Source: Chiloscyllium plagiosum | Taxonomy: Eukaryota | Reading direction: 5' to 3' | Assembly (NCBI RefSeq): GCF_004010195.1 | Contig: NC_057718.1 | Span: forward strand, 34,800,723-34,864,722 | Length of the DNA stretch: 64,000 nucleotides | In this document: piece by piece, positions 1 through 13,054 of the stretch | Position numbering within the stretch: the first letter of the stretch is position 1 | How the letters are laid out: the number at the start of each line of letters is the position of its first letter | Made by a program: the position numbers and the translations under genes | The notes under the pieces: model-generated | The model's database searches: none | Seen by the model: the letters and a program-made list of their open reading frames with translations, nothing else | What the model was told of the DNA's origin: nothing

Positions 1-679
1 CTTGTACTCAATACTCTGACCAATAAAGAAAGCATACCAATTGTCTTCTTCACTATCCTATCTACCTCCAACTCCTCTTTCAAGGAGCTATGAACCTGCA
101 CTCCAAGGTCTCTTTGTTCAGCAACACTCTCTAGGACCTTACCATTAAGTGTATAAGTCCTGCTAAGATTTGCTTTCCCAAAATGCAGCACCTCGCATTT
201 ATCTGAATTAAACTCCATCTGCCACTTCTCGGCTAATTGGCCCATCTGAACAAGATCCTGTTGTAATCTGAGGTAAATTTCTTCACTGTCCACTACACCT
301 CCAATTCATCCAAATCATTTATGTAAATGACAAAACGTAGAGGACCTAGCACTGATCCTTGTGGTACTGCATTGCTTACAGGCCTCCAGTCTGAAAAACA
401 ACCCACCATCACCTCCCTCTGTCTTCTACCTTTGAGCCAGTTCTGTATCCAAATGGTTAGTTCTCCCTATATTTTGTGAGATCTAACCTTGCTAGCAGTC
501 TCCCATGGGGAACATTGTGGAATGCCTTACTGAAGTCGATATAGATTACATCTACCACTCTGCCCTCATCAATCCTCTTTGTTACTTCAAAAACTCAATC
601 AAGTTTGTGAGACATGATTTCCCATGCACAAAGCCATGTTGACTATCCCTAATCAGTCTTTGCCTTTCCAAATATATTC

Positions 680-978
680 TTAGATTCCCCGACAGTGTAG
701 AAATAGGCCTTTCAGCCCATCAAGTCCGAAGAGCAACCCACCCAGATCCATTCCCTTACATTTACCCCTGCACCTAACATTACGGGCAATTTAGCATGGT
801 TAATTCACCTATCCTGCACATCTTTGGATGGTGGGAGGAAATCGGAGCACCCAGAGGAAACCCACGCAGACACAGGGAGAATGTGCAAACTCCACACAGA
901 CAGCTGCCCGAGGCGGGAAATGAACCGGGTCCCTGGTGCTGTGAGGCAGCAGTGCTAACTACTGTGCCACTGTGCTGC
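680..978 (-). mobile_element. HE1-type V-SINE inserted in CR1
   Basis: Reverse complement of the tRNA-like head (GGCAGCACAGTGGCACAGTAGTTAGCACTGCTGCCTCACAGC), V-domain GTGGAGTTTGCACATTCTCCC and CR1-like tail. Matches the copy at 7464-7795. Confidence 0.9.
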
Positions 979-1099
979 CAGTGTACATTCTGTCCCTCAG
1001 GATTCCCTCCAACAACTTGCCCATCACCGACATCAGGCTCACTGGTCTACAGTTTCCTGGCTTGTCCTTACCACCCTTCTTAAACTGTGGCACCACATT

Positions 1100-1177
1100 C
1101 TGGATTAGTGGTGCTGGAAGAGCACAGCAGTTCAGGCAGCATCCAAGGAACAGCGAAATCGACGTTTCGGTTACCCC
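1100..1177. mobile_element. Short Penelope-like terminal fragment with 13-bp TSD
   Basis: GTGGCACCACATT is duplicated at 1087-1099 and 1178-1190 around CTGGATTAGTGGTGCTGGAAGAGCACAGCAG...CGACGTTTCGG. Confidence 0.8.
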
Positions 1178-1679
1178 GTGGCACCACATTAGACAATGCC
1201 AGTCTTCCGACACCTCACCTGTGACTATCAATGATACAAGTATCTCAGCAAGAGGCTCAGCAATCATTTCTCGAGCTTCCCACAGAGTTCTAGGGTACAC
1301 CTGATGAGGTCCTGGGGATTTATCCACCTTTAACCATTTCAAGACATCCAGCACTTCCTCCTCTGTAATATGGACATTTTGCTAGGTGTCACCATCTATT
1401 TCCCTACAGTCTATATCTTCCATATCCTTTTCCACAGTAAATACTGATGCAAAATATTCATTTAGTATCACCCCCATTTTCTGTGACACCACACAAAGGC
1501 CGCCTTGCTGAACTTTGAGGGGCCCTATTCTCTCCCTAGTTACCCTTTTGTCCTTAATATATTTGTAAAAACCCTTTGGATTCTCCTTAATTCTATTTGC
1601 CAATGCTATCTCATGTCCCCTTTTTGCCCTCCTGATTTCTCTCTTAAGTATACTCCTACTTCCTTTATACTCTTCTAAG

Positions 1680-2484
1680 NNNNNNNNNNNNNNNNNNNNN
1701 NNNNNNNNNNNNNNNNNNNNNNNNNNNNNNNNNNNNNNNNNNNNNNNNNNNNNNNNNNNNNNNNNNNNNNNNNNNNNNNNNNNNNNNNNNNNNNNNNNNN
1801 NNNNNNNNNNNNNNNNNNNNNNNNNNNNNNNNNNNNNNNNNNNNNNNNNNNNNNNNNNNNNNNNNNNNNNNNNNNNNNNNNNNNNNNNNNNNNNNNNNNN
1901 NNNNNNNNNNNNNNNNNNNNNNNNNNNNNNNNNNNNNNNNNNNNNNNNNNNNNNNNNNNNNNNNNNNNNNNNNNNNNNNNNNNNNNNNNNNNNNNNNNNN
2001 NNNNNNNNNNNNNNNNNNNNNNNNNNNNNNNNNNNNNNNNNNNNNNNNNNNNNNNNNNNNNNNNNNNNNNNNNNNNNNNNNNNNNNNNNNNNNNNNNNNN
2101 NNNNNNNNNNNNNNNNNNNNNNNNNNNNNNNNNNNNNNNNNNNNNNNNNNNNNNNNNNNNNNNNNNNNNNNNNNNNNNNNNNNNNNNNNNNNNNNNNNNN
2201 NNNNNNNNNNNNNNNNNNNNNNNNNNNNNNNNNNNNNNNNNNNNNNNNNNNNNNNNNNNNNNNNNNNNNNNNNNNNNNNNNNNNNNNNNNNNNNNNNNNN
2301 NNNNNNNNNNNNNNNNNNNNNNNNNNNNNNNNNNNNNNNNNNNNNNNNNNNNNNNNNNNNNNNNNNNNNNNNNNNNNNNNNNNNNNNNNNNNNNNNNNNN
2401 NNNNNNNNNNNNNNNNNNNNNNNNNNNNNNNNNNNNNNNNNNNNNNNNNNNNNNNNNNNNNNNNNNNNNNNNNNNNNNNNNNNN
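1680..2484. other. Assembly gap (N run)
   Basis: Run of N. Confidence 1.
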
Positions 2485-3306
2485 TGCCCACCCCCCACCA
2501 CCTTACTAGTTTAAATCCTCCCAAGCAGTTCTAGCAGATTTCCCTGAATCTGAGACTTGCCCCCCTTTCTATAACTGCCGTCCATCACATACTGTTACTG
2601 TTGCAAATTCCTCATTGCTTCTATCTGTCTCTCCAACCAATCCACTCGATCTGATAAGATTCACATCTAACAGCATTTACGTCAGATATAATCCGCAGTA
2701 ACCCTTAAACTCTCTTTAAACTCCCATATCTGACAATAAGTACATATCACTGCAAAGGCCATTTTTGCTCCTTCACAATCTGCAGACCCAGAAAATAACA
2801 CCATCTCATTCCTCTACAAAACACTGTCCCAGGTTAAATTAATAGTTATGGCTTATATTTTAAGATTAGTCAAGAGACGTATCTCCAAAAACATATAATC
2901 AAGAAAGAACACACTCTACTCACTACTGCAGCCTTTCTATTGGACACACTTCAAACAGCGATGAATTTACCTGATTCTGTGCTGTGAACTTCCCCCAAAT
3001 AGGTTCCTCCAAGATTAGTTGTGAATTTCACTGTTTGTTAATTTTCCCAGACGCACTCCGATGTCCAGCGACACATGAATTCAAAAACAGCAAAGGCAGT
3101 AACTGTGCAGGTTCACTGTCTCTCTCTCTCTCCTGCACTGTCCTCACCATGTGCTTCCTTTGTCTGCTCTTCTCCCTTTTAAAACTGCTGTTGTTTTGAC
3201 TTTTTTTCCCAAAGTTCCAAAACAATGCAACAGCATATAAAACAGTAATTGCTGCTCCTGGAATTCGAGGAAATCACCTCCAGCACCTAAAATACCTCAA
3301 AAAAAA
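2485..3306 (-). mobile_element. CR1 5' region (end of ORF1, internally deleted ORF1 remnant, 5' UTR)
   Basis: 2485-2545 resembles the ORF1 end of the CR1 at ~37240-37290 (TAGTTTAAA.CC...AGCA.T.CTAGCA.A). Same strand as the CR1 before the gap. Confidence 0.6.
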
Positions 3307-3710
3307 CTTCAAGTTTTATATCTGGTCTATCCTTTTCCATCACTATTTTAAAACAAATAGAATTGTTGTTGCTGGCCCCAAAGTGTTTCTCCACTGACAC
3401 CTCAGTCACCTGCCCTGCCTTATTTCCCAAGAGTAGGTCAAGTTTTGCATCTTCTCTGGTAGGTACATCCAATCTGGTCTATCCTTTTCCATCACTATTT
3501 TAAAACAAATAGAATTATTGTTGCTGGTCCCAAAGTGTTTCTCCACTGACACCTCAGTCACTTGCCCTGCCTTATTTCCTAAGAGTAGGTCAAGTTTTGC
3601 ATCTTCTCTGGTAGGTACATCCACATACTGAATCAGAAAATTGTCTTGTACGCACTTAACAAATTCCACTCTATCTAACCCTTAATGCTATGGCAGTCCC
3701 AGTCTATGTA
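3307..3710 (-). mobile_element. CR1 endonuclease fragment with a 152-bp tandem duplication
   Basis: EFVKCVQDNFLIQYVDVPTREDAKLDLLLGN...SICFKI. Units start at 3320 and 3472. Confidence 0.85.
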
Positions 3711-4782
3711 TCTGGGAAGCAGGAGAGTTGACCTTTTGGGCATATGCCCTTCATCAGGAATGTGGGGGGAAAGAGGCTGAGAGATGAATAGAAAGGTTGA
3801 GGTGGCGGTGGGAGAAATGTAGCTGAGAAAGTGATGGGTAGATGCAGGTGGGAATTAATGACGATAGGTCAGTGGGGAGGGTGAAGTTGACAGGTATGAA
3901 AGAAGATGGACAGCTAAGACATGTCTTGAAGGTGGTGCCGAGTTGGAGGGTTGGATCTAGGATGAGGTGGGGGCAGGGGAGATTTGGAAACAGGTGAAGT
4001 TGACGTTGATGCCATGTGGTTGGAGGGTCCCAAAGCAGAAGACAAGGTGTTCTTCCTGCAGTCATCGGGTGGCTTGGATTTGGCAGTGGATGAGGCCCAG
4101 GACTGGCATGTCCTTGGAGGAATGGTAGGGGAGTTGAAGTGGTCAGCCACAGAGTGGTGGGGTTGTTTGGTGCGTGTGTCCCAGAGATGTTCCCTGAAAC
4201 ACTCCGCGAACTGGCGTCCTGACCTCCAATGTAGAGGAGAGCATATCGCGAGCAACGGACATAGTACATGAGATGTTTCCATGTGCAGGACAATCTGTGT
4301 CGGATGTGAAAAGATACTGTGGGGCCTTGGGCAGAGGTGAGGTGGGAGGCGCAGGTTTTACACCTCTTGTGACAGCAAGAGAAGGTGCCGGTGTGGAGGG
4401 TGGGTTGGTGGGGGGCATGGACCTAACAAAGACCCTTCAACCACGCAACATCAAAACCAACCACTAGTTTCCAAATCTCTCCTCCCCCCACCTCATCCCT
4501 GATCCAATCCTCCAACTCAGCACCACCCCCTTGAACTATCCCACTTGTGTGTATATTCCTTCCTACCTATTCGCTCCACTCCCCCTACCAACATATCACA
4601 ATCATCTCCCACCTGCATCTACCTATCACCTTCCTAACTACCTTCCCCCACCCACCTCCACCCTCCTATTTATCTCTCAGCCCCCTTCCTTCCCCACATT
4701 CCTGATTAAGGGCTTATGCTGGAAACGTCAACTCTCCTGCTCGTCGGATGCTGCCTGACCTTATTTTCCAGCACCACACTTT
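3711..4782 (-). mobile_element. Penelope-like element, GIY-YIG endonuclease remnant between inverted terminal copies
   Basis: YYVRCSRYALLYIG and GRQFAECFREHL...HSVADHFNSP on the minus strand. 3711-4030 and 4430-4782 are diverged inverted repeats. Confidence 0.85.
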
Positions 4783-4851
4783 TTCACTTTATCCAAGTAT
4801 CAGTTTTCTGTCCATGTGTACAGAGGATATTGCCTGCAGTCACTCTGTAAT

Positions 4852-5113
4852 GATGTGGAGGAGCTGGTGTTGGAGTCGGGTGGATAAAGTTAAAAATCAC
4901 ACAACACCATCTTATTGTCCAACAGGTTTATTTGGAAGCACTAGCTTTCAGAGTGCTGCTCCTTCATCAGGATGCTAGTGGGGCAGCATCATAAAACACA
5001 GAATTTGTAGCAAAAGAATTATGTGCCTGATGAAGGAGCAGTGCTCTGAAAGCTCGTGCTTCCAAATAAACCTGTTGGACTACAACCTGATGTTGTGTGA
5101 TTTTTTACTTTTT
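4852..5113. mobile_element. Fold-back Penelope-derived element (family 2) with 12-bp TSD
   Basis: TSD TCACTCTGTAAT at 4840-4851 and 5114-5125. Inverted arms AAAAATCACACAACA...CCTTCATCAGG and CCTGATGAAGG...TGTTGTGTGATTTTT. Confidence 0.85.
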
Positions 5114-6189
5114 TCACTCTGTAATAACACTGTTTTGGCTGTAATTGCTGCTTGCCATCAGTAATTCTATATACAGGAGTAGGTTTTCACCTCGTTGTCC
5201 AGCTGTAAAACTGGCATTGAAGATATGGTGGCAAGTTGTCGATGATGTTGAGAAGAAAGACTGAGACAGAGCGCCAAGACAAGGAGATGCTAATGAACAA
5301 TTCTAAAATTCAATTGCAGACTATCCATTTAGATTCTCATTTTACCAAACAAAGAATTTTCTGCTTTGTGTTCAAAGCAATGTAGGGCACTAATTCTCCT
5401 GTAAATTAATGGCATTTCCTTGCAATACATGCAAACTATACCATCTGATATAATAGTAGAGCTTTGCAGCAAGATGAGCAGATATCATTAAAACAAAGAA
5501 GGGCTGTTTTCCCACAACTATCTGCACCTTTAAATGTCTATGAGTCTCTATTGTCCTGGATTACACCCATTGAAAAGAAGTGTGAATTCCTTTTGTTCTC
5601 CTTCTAACAGTAAAAAGACGAGATTTAGGAAGTACTATTGTCAGGTAATGTTATCCTGAACAGCTTTTGTGCTTTACAAATACAGTTTTCATTGTACTTT
5701 AAAGAATTTATACTGTTGTTTCAAGTCAATGATACATTTTGGGATTTAAAACATTAATGAAATGCTCAAACTCTTATCTTTATTGTGCTTCACATCATCT
5801 GAGATAGTTTTATTAGCTTTTTTCCATACCACTTCCTGTGTCAAAAAGGTTTAGTTCTGTAAGCTTTAATTACCTTCCCATTATTTTGACCAAATGGCCA
5901 ACATTGACTTGACACTGAGTGTCCATTATCTAAACAGCCAGGCGACAGGTCACACCTACTCTAAGCCTTATTCACTTTAGGCATTTACAGTAGGTATCAA
6001 TGGCTGGACATGGGACATGAATCTTCACCCATTTTGCCTCAGGAAGATTGCGGGAATTTGACCATTGTACTGGAAAGGATCAGATCACTCACCAGAGTGA
6101 ATGCCAGATCACCAGATCTTTCCTGAATATTGGAATGGAAATTTTCATGGGACATCAGTTCAATATTTGCTCCCAAAGACAATAATTCC

Positions 6190-6325
6190 AATAGTGCAGT
6201 ACCCCCTCCGGACCACACTGGAGTGTCAATATTGATTTATCATATGCTGAAGCCCTGGAGTGTTGACTTGAACCCAAATCTTGTAGCTCACAGGTGGGAG
6301 TGCTATTATCAGAGCCCCAGCTGAC
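6190..6325 (-). mobile_element. Ancient Deu-type SINE head (AmnSINE1/SacSINE1-like)
   Basis: AGTGCAGTACCCCTCC...CTGGAGTGTCA...CTGGAGTGTTGACTTGAACCCA...GAGTGCTA resembles the reverse complement of the head as recalled. Confidence 0.6.
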
Positions 6326-6362
6326 TGTACTACTTTTATTGTTGCAGTACTATGGCAGAGTC

Positions 6363-6614
6363 GTGATTTGGAGGAGCCGGTGTTGGACTGGGGTGGACAA
6401 AGTTAAAAATCCACACAACACCAGATGAGAGTTCAACAGGTTTATTTGGAAGCACTAGCTTTCGAGTGCTGCTCCTTCATCAGGTGGGTGTGGAGCAGAA
6501 TCATAGGATCTATGTTTTGTGTTTCTGCTCCACAACCACCTGATGAAGAAGCTTCATTAGCTAGTGATTGCAAATAAATCTGCTGGAATCTAACCTGGCG
6601 TTGTGTGATTTTTA
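6363..6614. mobile_element. Fold-back Penelope-derived element (family 2) with 14-bp TSD
   Basis: TSD ACTATGGCAGAGTC at 6349-6362 and 6615-6628. Homologous to 4852-5113. Confidence 0.85.
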
Positions 6615-7099
6615 ACTATGGCAGAGTCTGATAGATTGTCCAACTCTTGTCCCCACTGCAGCAATGTGTACTCTGATCGACTTAATGAGGGTCATTGACC
6701 TGAAACATTAACTCTTTCTGTCTCCGTGCAGATACTGTCTGACATGCTGAGAACTCCATCTTTTTCTCTTTCTATATTTCTATTTATATAACAAGAACTG
6801 CCTTACATAATGTCTTGAGGTAAATCTTTACAGGATCCTTTTCTAAGCCACATAAGGAGATAACTGGACATGCAATGTGACAAATTTTAAAGAATAGTTT
6901 CTAGAGGTAGAGAGATAGAAATGTGTTGGGATGAGAAGAAGGGAATTTCAGAAATTAAGGCCTGGGCAACTGAAAGGTAATAGTGCAAGGAGTAAGACGC
7001 TAATTTTAGAGAAATATAGAGCTCTTGTGGTCGAAACTTTGCACTTTGGAGAATTTAAGAAAACTCAATTTCAACAGTGGCCATGGAGAGGAAAAAAAC

Positions 7100-8510
7100 C
7101 TGCAACAGTACCACTAGGACCATGCAGTGATAGGATCACTCGGCGATAGGACTGCTGCTTTTCATAATATGGTTTCACATTGGACGTACAGGGCACAATT
7201 TCAAAATGTGCAGATGACGCACATGTAAAATCATAGTGCAGTGAGAGGGCATACCCATACATTTCAAAAGGAGATAGAAGATTGATGGAACAAGTAGACA
7301 AGTTGTTAATGGAATTTAATACAGGGAAGTGTAACATGATTCATCTTGGAAGGAAGAAAGAGAAGACTCAATGTAGCCTAGAGAAGACAACATGAGAAAG
7401 AATGTAGGACCAGAGAGATCTGGAGTTTAAAATTGTTGATTTGCCAGACTACGCTGAACAAATGGGCGGCACGGTGGCACAGTGGTTAGCACTGCTGCCT
7501 CACAGCGCCAGAGACCCGGGTTCAATTCCCGCCTCAGGCGACTCTCTGTGTGGAGTTTGCACATTCTCCCCGTGTCTGCGTGGGTTTCCTCCGGGTGCTC
7601 CGGTTTCCTCCCACAATCCAAAAATGTGCAGGTTAGGTGAATTGACCATGCTAAATTGTCCGTAGTGTTAGGTGTTAGGGGTTAGGGGTAAGTATAGGAG
7701 TATGGGTCTGGGTGGTATACGCTTCGGCAGATCGGTGTGGACTTGTTGGGCCGAAGGGTCTGTTTCCACACTGTAAGTAATCTAATTTAATCTAAAAATG
7801 CTTGAATGGATAAAGTGTAGAATTGGAAAAAGCACAGTGGGTCAAACAGCATCAATGGAGAAGGGGAGTTGACTTTTCAGGTTGGAACCTTTTGTCAGGA
7901 GTTGAAAAAGCATATCAGATCCTGGTGTTTACAACACAATAAAAGTAACTTTATAAAAACATGTTTGGTCACAAAAGGATTGCGGGAGCCCACTTGCACA
8001 CTGCACTTTATGAAGGATTGAAAACCTTAGAGAGGGTTCAGAAAAAGTATATGAGAGTGACTCCAGGGATGAGGGACTTCAGTTATGTTGATACTTCAGA
8101 GAAGATAGGGCTGTTCTTCTTAGGGGAGAAGAGAGGTTGAGAAGAGATTTGTTAGGGCATTCAGAATTATGAGGTATTTACAGAGCAGAGAAGGAGAAAC
8201 TGTTTCCATTGACCAATGGTTTGAGAACTGTGGTGGCAGATTTAAGATGATTTCCAAAAGGTCTAAAGATACCTGGAAGAAATGTTATTTTACATAGCAA
8301 GTGATTATGATCTGGAATGGACTACTGTGATGGAGACTCCAATCAAGGATCATCAAAGGAAATTAGAGAAGCACTCTCTGGGAAAATACTTGCAGATAGA
8401 GGGATGAGATAGGGGAGTAGGGATAGCTGGATCATGCTTGCATAGCTTCAGCATGACCTTGAGCAGCCTAATGGCCTCCTTCTGTGCTGTAACCATTCCA
8501 TGTTTCTATG
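7100..8510 (+). mobile_element. Old, diverged CR1 3' portion
   Basis: Decayed ISKCADD and FNTGKCNMIHLG motifs and a CR1 3' tail (ATGGCCTCCTTCTGTGCTGTAACCATTC). Confidence 0.7.
7464..7795 (+). mobile_element. HE1 V-SINE, young full-length copy
   Basis: A box TGGCACAGTGG, B box GGTTCAATTCC, V-domain and (TCTAA)n tail. CpGs are retained. Confidence 0.95.
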
Positions 8511-8969
8511 TTTGGTGAGGGGGTTGGGTTTAATGGTTTCACTCCTCGGTTTGTGTTGAGTTACCTTGTGTTAGCTTTAACAATGCTGATGTAACCTTGA
8601 GGTAAGGAGGATAAACAATTGGCAAGAGTTACCAATCATGAGTTACCACCCAGTGAGTGAAAGGATATGATGCTGAGAGAGGGCAAAATCAAGTTCAGCT
8701 GTTTTCATTCCTATGATTAAATAACCTGTGACAGCCATTACTCGGATTTGTTGGGTAAGGTAACAGAGAACTTTCAGCACTTCCTGTTGGAGTGGAAGAA
8801 AAATGGTGAGTGCAAAAAGTAAAGCTTGCACATTTCAGATGTAACACTACATATAGTAATAATAATTTATGTTGCACAAACTATGGCAATGTCATACTAT
8901 ACCATACTCCTGGTCTTTCATTGAAATAGCTTTTCTTTGTATGTTGGTTCAGGCAGTGATTAACAGTAT

Positions 8970-9270
8970 TCATTTAGTGACAGAAACAGGAAGATTTCTT
9001 AATGTATTAGGCAAAAAGAAATGCAAAATGAGGAAATTTTCTTTTAACATGTCAAGTTGTAATGAGATAGAATGCATAGTCTGAAAGGATGGTTAAATCG
9101 ATTCAATAATAACTTTGTCAAGTTAGTTGGTTGTATATACATGTAGAGGAAAGATTTACCGGGTAAAGGTTCAAGGAAAGAGTAGGAAACAGTGCAACTT
9201 GTACAGCTCTATCAAAAAGCAAGAAGACACGATGGGCCGAATGACCTCTTTCATTCCTGTATTATTCTCT
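8970..9270 (+). mobile_element. Old CR1 3' tail
   Basis: ATGAGGAAATTTTCTTTTAAC...GATGGGCCGAATGACCTC resembles other CR1 3' ends in the window. Confidence 0.6.
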
Positions 9271-11411
9271 GGTTACATTTTCACTCACATCCAGAAAATG
9301 TGATAAATACAAAATGCTGTGAATGCTCGAGTTTTGAAATCCAATGAGTCATTGGACTTGAAATGTCAGCTCTGTTTTCCTCTTCACAGATGCTGCCAGA
9401 CCTCCTAATTTTCTCCAGTGCTTTCTGTTTTTATTCTACAATCTGGTATCACCAAAATCAGATTCACCAATCAGGGCATGGGCATAAAATTGTGGGCTGA
9501 TTCCACTGCTTCCTCCAGCTAACTGTTAAAGCTGCACATTAGCACAGTTTCTCTGAATACTGAGCAGACCCAAAAAGCAGTTTTTCAACATGCATGGCAG
9601 TGGATGCATATCATTAATCAAAACAGATTATTTTCTTTAATAATTCAATATTATCCTGTACTATTTCTTAAGATATAATTCTACTATAAAATTGGACTCT
9701 CTTTAACAGCAAAAAATAAGTTTTTGATGCTCAATCACATGAGGTGATTTGATGCTATTGCATTTTATTAAATCCTAAAATGCTGAAGTTGATCTGCAGC
9801 GGACATGTGGCTGGATGAACTTTAGCGTGTCCTTCATGATGTGTGCTTTGTACGTGAGGCAGCTCTTGGCTGCTTGGGGTCAGCCAACAGAAAGCACACA
9901 GATTTAAGCTGTGAATTTGGCACAGTACTGCACTTAGGAAGCTGTCTATCTACAGTGTGTTTACTTTTTTTGACGGGCGAGACTGATTAACCAGTACAAA
10001 ATCAATATGACAGAGGAAAAAAAACTCACATATAGAGTGCTGTGAAATTTTTTCCCTTCGTTCTTTCTCCTGCACTATATTCCAGTTGTCTACTGGCAGG
10101 GAATAGCTGACTTATTAACTGAAGGTCCTTTTATAGGGCGGAAGGAAAGAGGTGATATTTTACAGATCTAATAAAACTTATTTGTCAATCTAGCATTAAA
10201 GAGACCGTCTATAGCTTTCAGAAAAAAAACAACTGGCAGGTTACATATTCCAGAATGATCTCACTCTGAAAGACACAAGGTTAGCTGTGTTGTTTTTAAT
10301 CAGAGTAAACTGTTTTTTAACAAAAATTGCAAAGTTAATTTTCAACCTCCCATTTGTTGTGATAAAATGATTTTATGTGGAATATTTTCAATCAACTGTA
10401 AATTAATCATGGCAGAAATGCATTGCAACTCTGAGAATATTTTCTGGTTGGCACATATCCATAATGTTAGAAATGTCAGGCAAAGCATTTTTGCCAATGA
10501 TTAACGCTGATCAAACAATTTTATAGACTTATGAAAATCCCCCTTGAACAGTGCTAATAATGGTTAAAGTTAACTTTGTTGAAGTTTCAGATTATTGGAT
10601 TAGTGAGTAAAAATATGTATTGAGCAGTTCCACTTTAGCACATGACTGTGGACTAAAGATAGATTATCTTCATCTCACACCTCCCCCTCCCCCTCCCCTT
10701 CCAAACCATGTATATTGACTACAATGGGACTACTTTTAGGGTTTTAAATTTGTTAGGACTTTTTATCTGTTTGTTGTTCACCTTCAACTATTTACTCTCA
10801 TCTCCCAAAGGCACTATTGCTTGTTGTGGTGGTTCCACATCAAAATCACTCCAGCAACACAAAGAAAACAAAACTGCTGTGGGTCCTATTCATGGGACTC
10901 ACAAAGTGATCTTTTGGGAAAAGTGAACATGTGTGGATATAGTTTGGGGTCACGATTTGAGTGAATCAATCCACTACAAGGAATATATTACCAAGTCTCA
11001 CCATCACAGCTTTTGTTCCTTTTTTATTATTATTTGCTCAAGGGATGTGGGTGAAGCAGCATTTATTGCACATCCTTGAATGCCCTTGTGAATGTAATAG
11101 TGAGCTGCCTTCTTGAGAAACTGCAGTCCTTGGGCTGTTGGAGGAGGGAAATGTGGAGCATAAGCAGTTGGGGGAAGCAGCAAACTGGATCAGCATGTAG
11201 GATCTGTTACCCATCATGCACCAGCATCTTCAGGGCAGGATCGAAGAAACAAAAATAAAAAGTTGCATTTTATTGGATGACAATCCATTCTATGTAAACT
11301 ACCGATTATCATTAATTTCCAAAATAAGAATCTGCTTTGCAAATTATTTTACCAGATTGAAATAGGCAAAAAGGCAAACTAAACAGCATTGGAGAACCCT
11401 ATCTCATATTT

Positions 11412-11712
11412 TCATAGAACCTATACAATGTGGAAACAGACCATTCAGCCCATCGGGTCTGCAAAGACTCTCTGTAGAGCATCTCACTCAGACCCGCCTC
11501 CCTACCCTATCCCTGTACCTCTGCATTTTCCTATGACCAATCAGCCTAACCTGCACATCTTTGAACTGTGGGAGGAAACAGAGTACCCAAAAGAAACCCA
11601 TCCGGACACAGGGAGAATGTGCAAACTCCATACAGTCACCTGAGGGTGGAATTAAACCTGGGTCCTGGCACTGTGAGACAGCAATGCTGACCACTGAACC
11701 ACCATGTCATCC
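11412..11712 (-). mobile_element. HE1 V-SINE (older)
   Basis: GGGAGAATGTGCAAACTCCATACAG V-domain and reverse-complemented head. Confidence 0.9.
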
Positions 11713-12277
11713 TAATCTGTATTGTTTTGTAATTTTTCTGTACCATGACAGAAACCTGATCTTCCCCTTTTCTGCTCTCCATTTCTCTTTTGGAAGTGCT
11801 GATTCATTCTGGAGAATAATTCTGAGTTATTGGATTACATGCAAATGAACTAGCTGTGACATTTCACCCATTTGGACAAAATAGTTTAACTCAATTCTAT
11901 CTTCATAGAATAATGGTTACAGCGCAGAGGGCTATTTGGGCTATTGTATCTATGCAGGCTCTTCGTTAGAGCAATCCAGCAACTCTTATCGCCACCTTTC
12001 CCTGCAGCTCTCCAAGTCTTTTATCTTCTTCAAGTGGTCATCAAATTCCCTTCCATATCTTCCCTCACCAGCTCTCAGAAGCATATCCTAGCTCCTCACC
12101 ACTAACTGCGTATAACAATTTTCTCCTTATGTCACCATAAATTGATGTCTTCTGGCTTTTGACTCTTCTGTCAGTTGATGAAGAGTAGTCTCTGTCTAAT
12201 TTGTCTGTTCCCTTCAAAATTTTGGCCAGCTTTATTGTAATCCCTCTCAGCCTTCTCTTCACGAAGGAGAACAATCC

Positions 12278-12610
12278 CAGCACAATGGTTAGCACTGCTG
12301 CCTCATAGCACCAGGGACCTGGGTTTGATTCCATTCTCAAGGTGACTGTCTGTGTGGAGTTTGCACATTCTCCCCGTGTCTGTGTGTGTTTCCTTGGGGT
12401 GCTCCGGTTTCTTTCCATGGTCCAAAGATGTACACGTTAGGTGGATTGGCCATACTGAATTGCTCATAGCTCCAGGGGTGTGCAGTTTAGGTGGGTTGGC
12501 CATGGGAAATGCAGGGTTACTGGAATACAGCTGAGTCTGGATGGGATACTCTTCAGAGGATTGGTATTGACTCAATTGGCCAAATGGCCTGTGTCCACAC
12601 TGTAGAGATT
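12278..12610 (+). mobile_element. HE1 V-SINE
   Basis: TGGTTAGCACTGCTGCCTCATAGC head and V-domain. Confidence 0.9.
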
Positions 12611-13054
12611 CAATAATTCTCCAATCTCTTCAGATAGCCAAAATTCCCAAACCGTGGAAGTGTTCTCATAAATCCTTTCTGCTCTTTCTCCACAGAGAGT
12701 GCATGTATGGCCCTCAGAATTGGATACAAAATTCCAGTTGAGGTCAAACTAGTGTTTTATAAAGGTTCATCATAACTTCCTTGTTTTTCTGTTTTATGCT
12801 TCTATTTATAAAGCCAAGGATCTTGAATGCCTTTTTAACCACTTTCACAACTGCCTTTCCATTTTCACTGATATGTGCACATAGATCCCCATGTCGTGCA
12901 ACAACTTTAGAATTGTACCCTTCATTTTGTTAATGCCTCTCCATGTTCTTCCTGTCAAATTGTATAATTTTACGTCTCACTGCATTAAGTTTTTCTGCAG
13001 TGTTTTCACTCACTCCATTGGCCGGACTATGTCAATGTCATCTTGATGTCCCTT

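Larger units (their letters stand above)
1..1679 (-). mobile_element. CR1-clade LINE, ORF2 (RT and tether) fragment, interrupted by an HE1 SINE and a Penelope fragment
   Basis: Minus-strand translation gives CR1 ORF2 motifs KSPGP..YPRTLWEARE, GNCRPVSLMSVMGKLLE and KENPKGFYKYIKDKRVTRERIGPL. The fragment runs into the N gap. Confidence 0.9.

Noticed and set aside
1382..2524. Long ORFs of 380 and 278 aa, and those crossing 36958-37158
   Set aside because: Artefacts of translating through N gaps. The real parts are CR1.
7464..7540. tRNA gene
   Set aside because: The A and B boxes belong to the SINE head. It continues into the V-domain and recurs in many copies.
7667..7690. TTAGG(G) repeats as interstitial telomere
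   Set aside because: Part of the variable region of an HE1 SINE.
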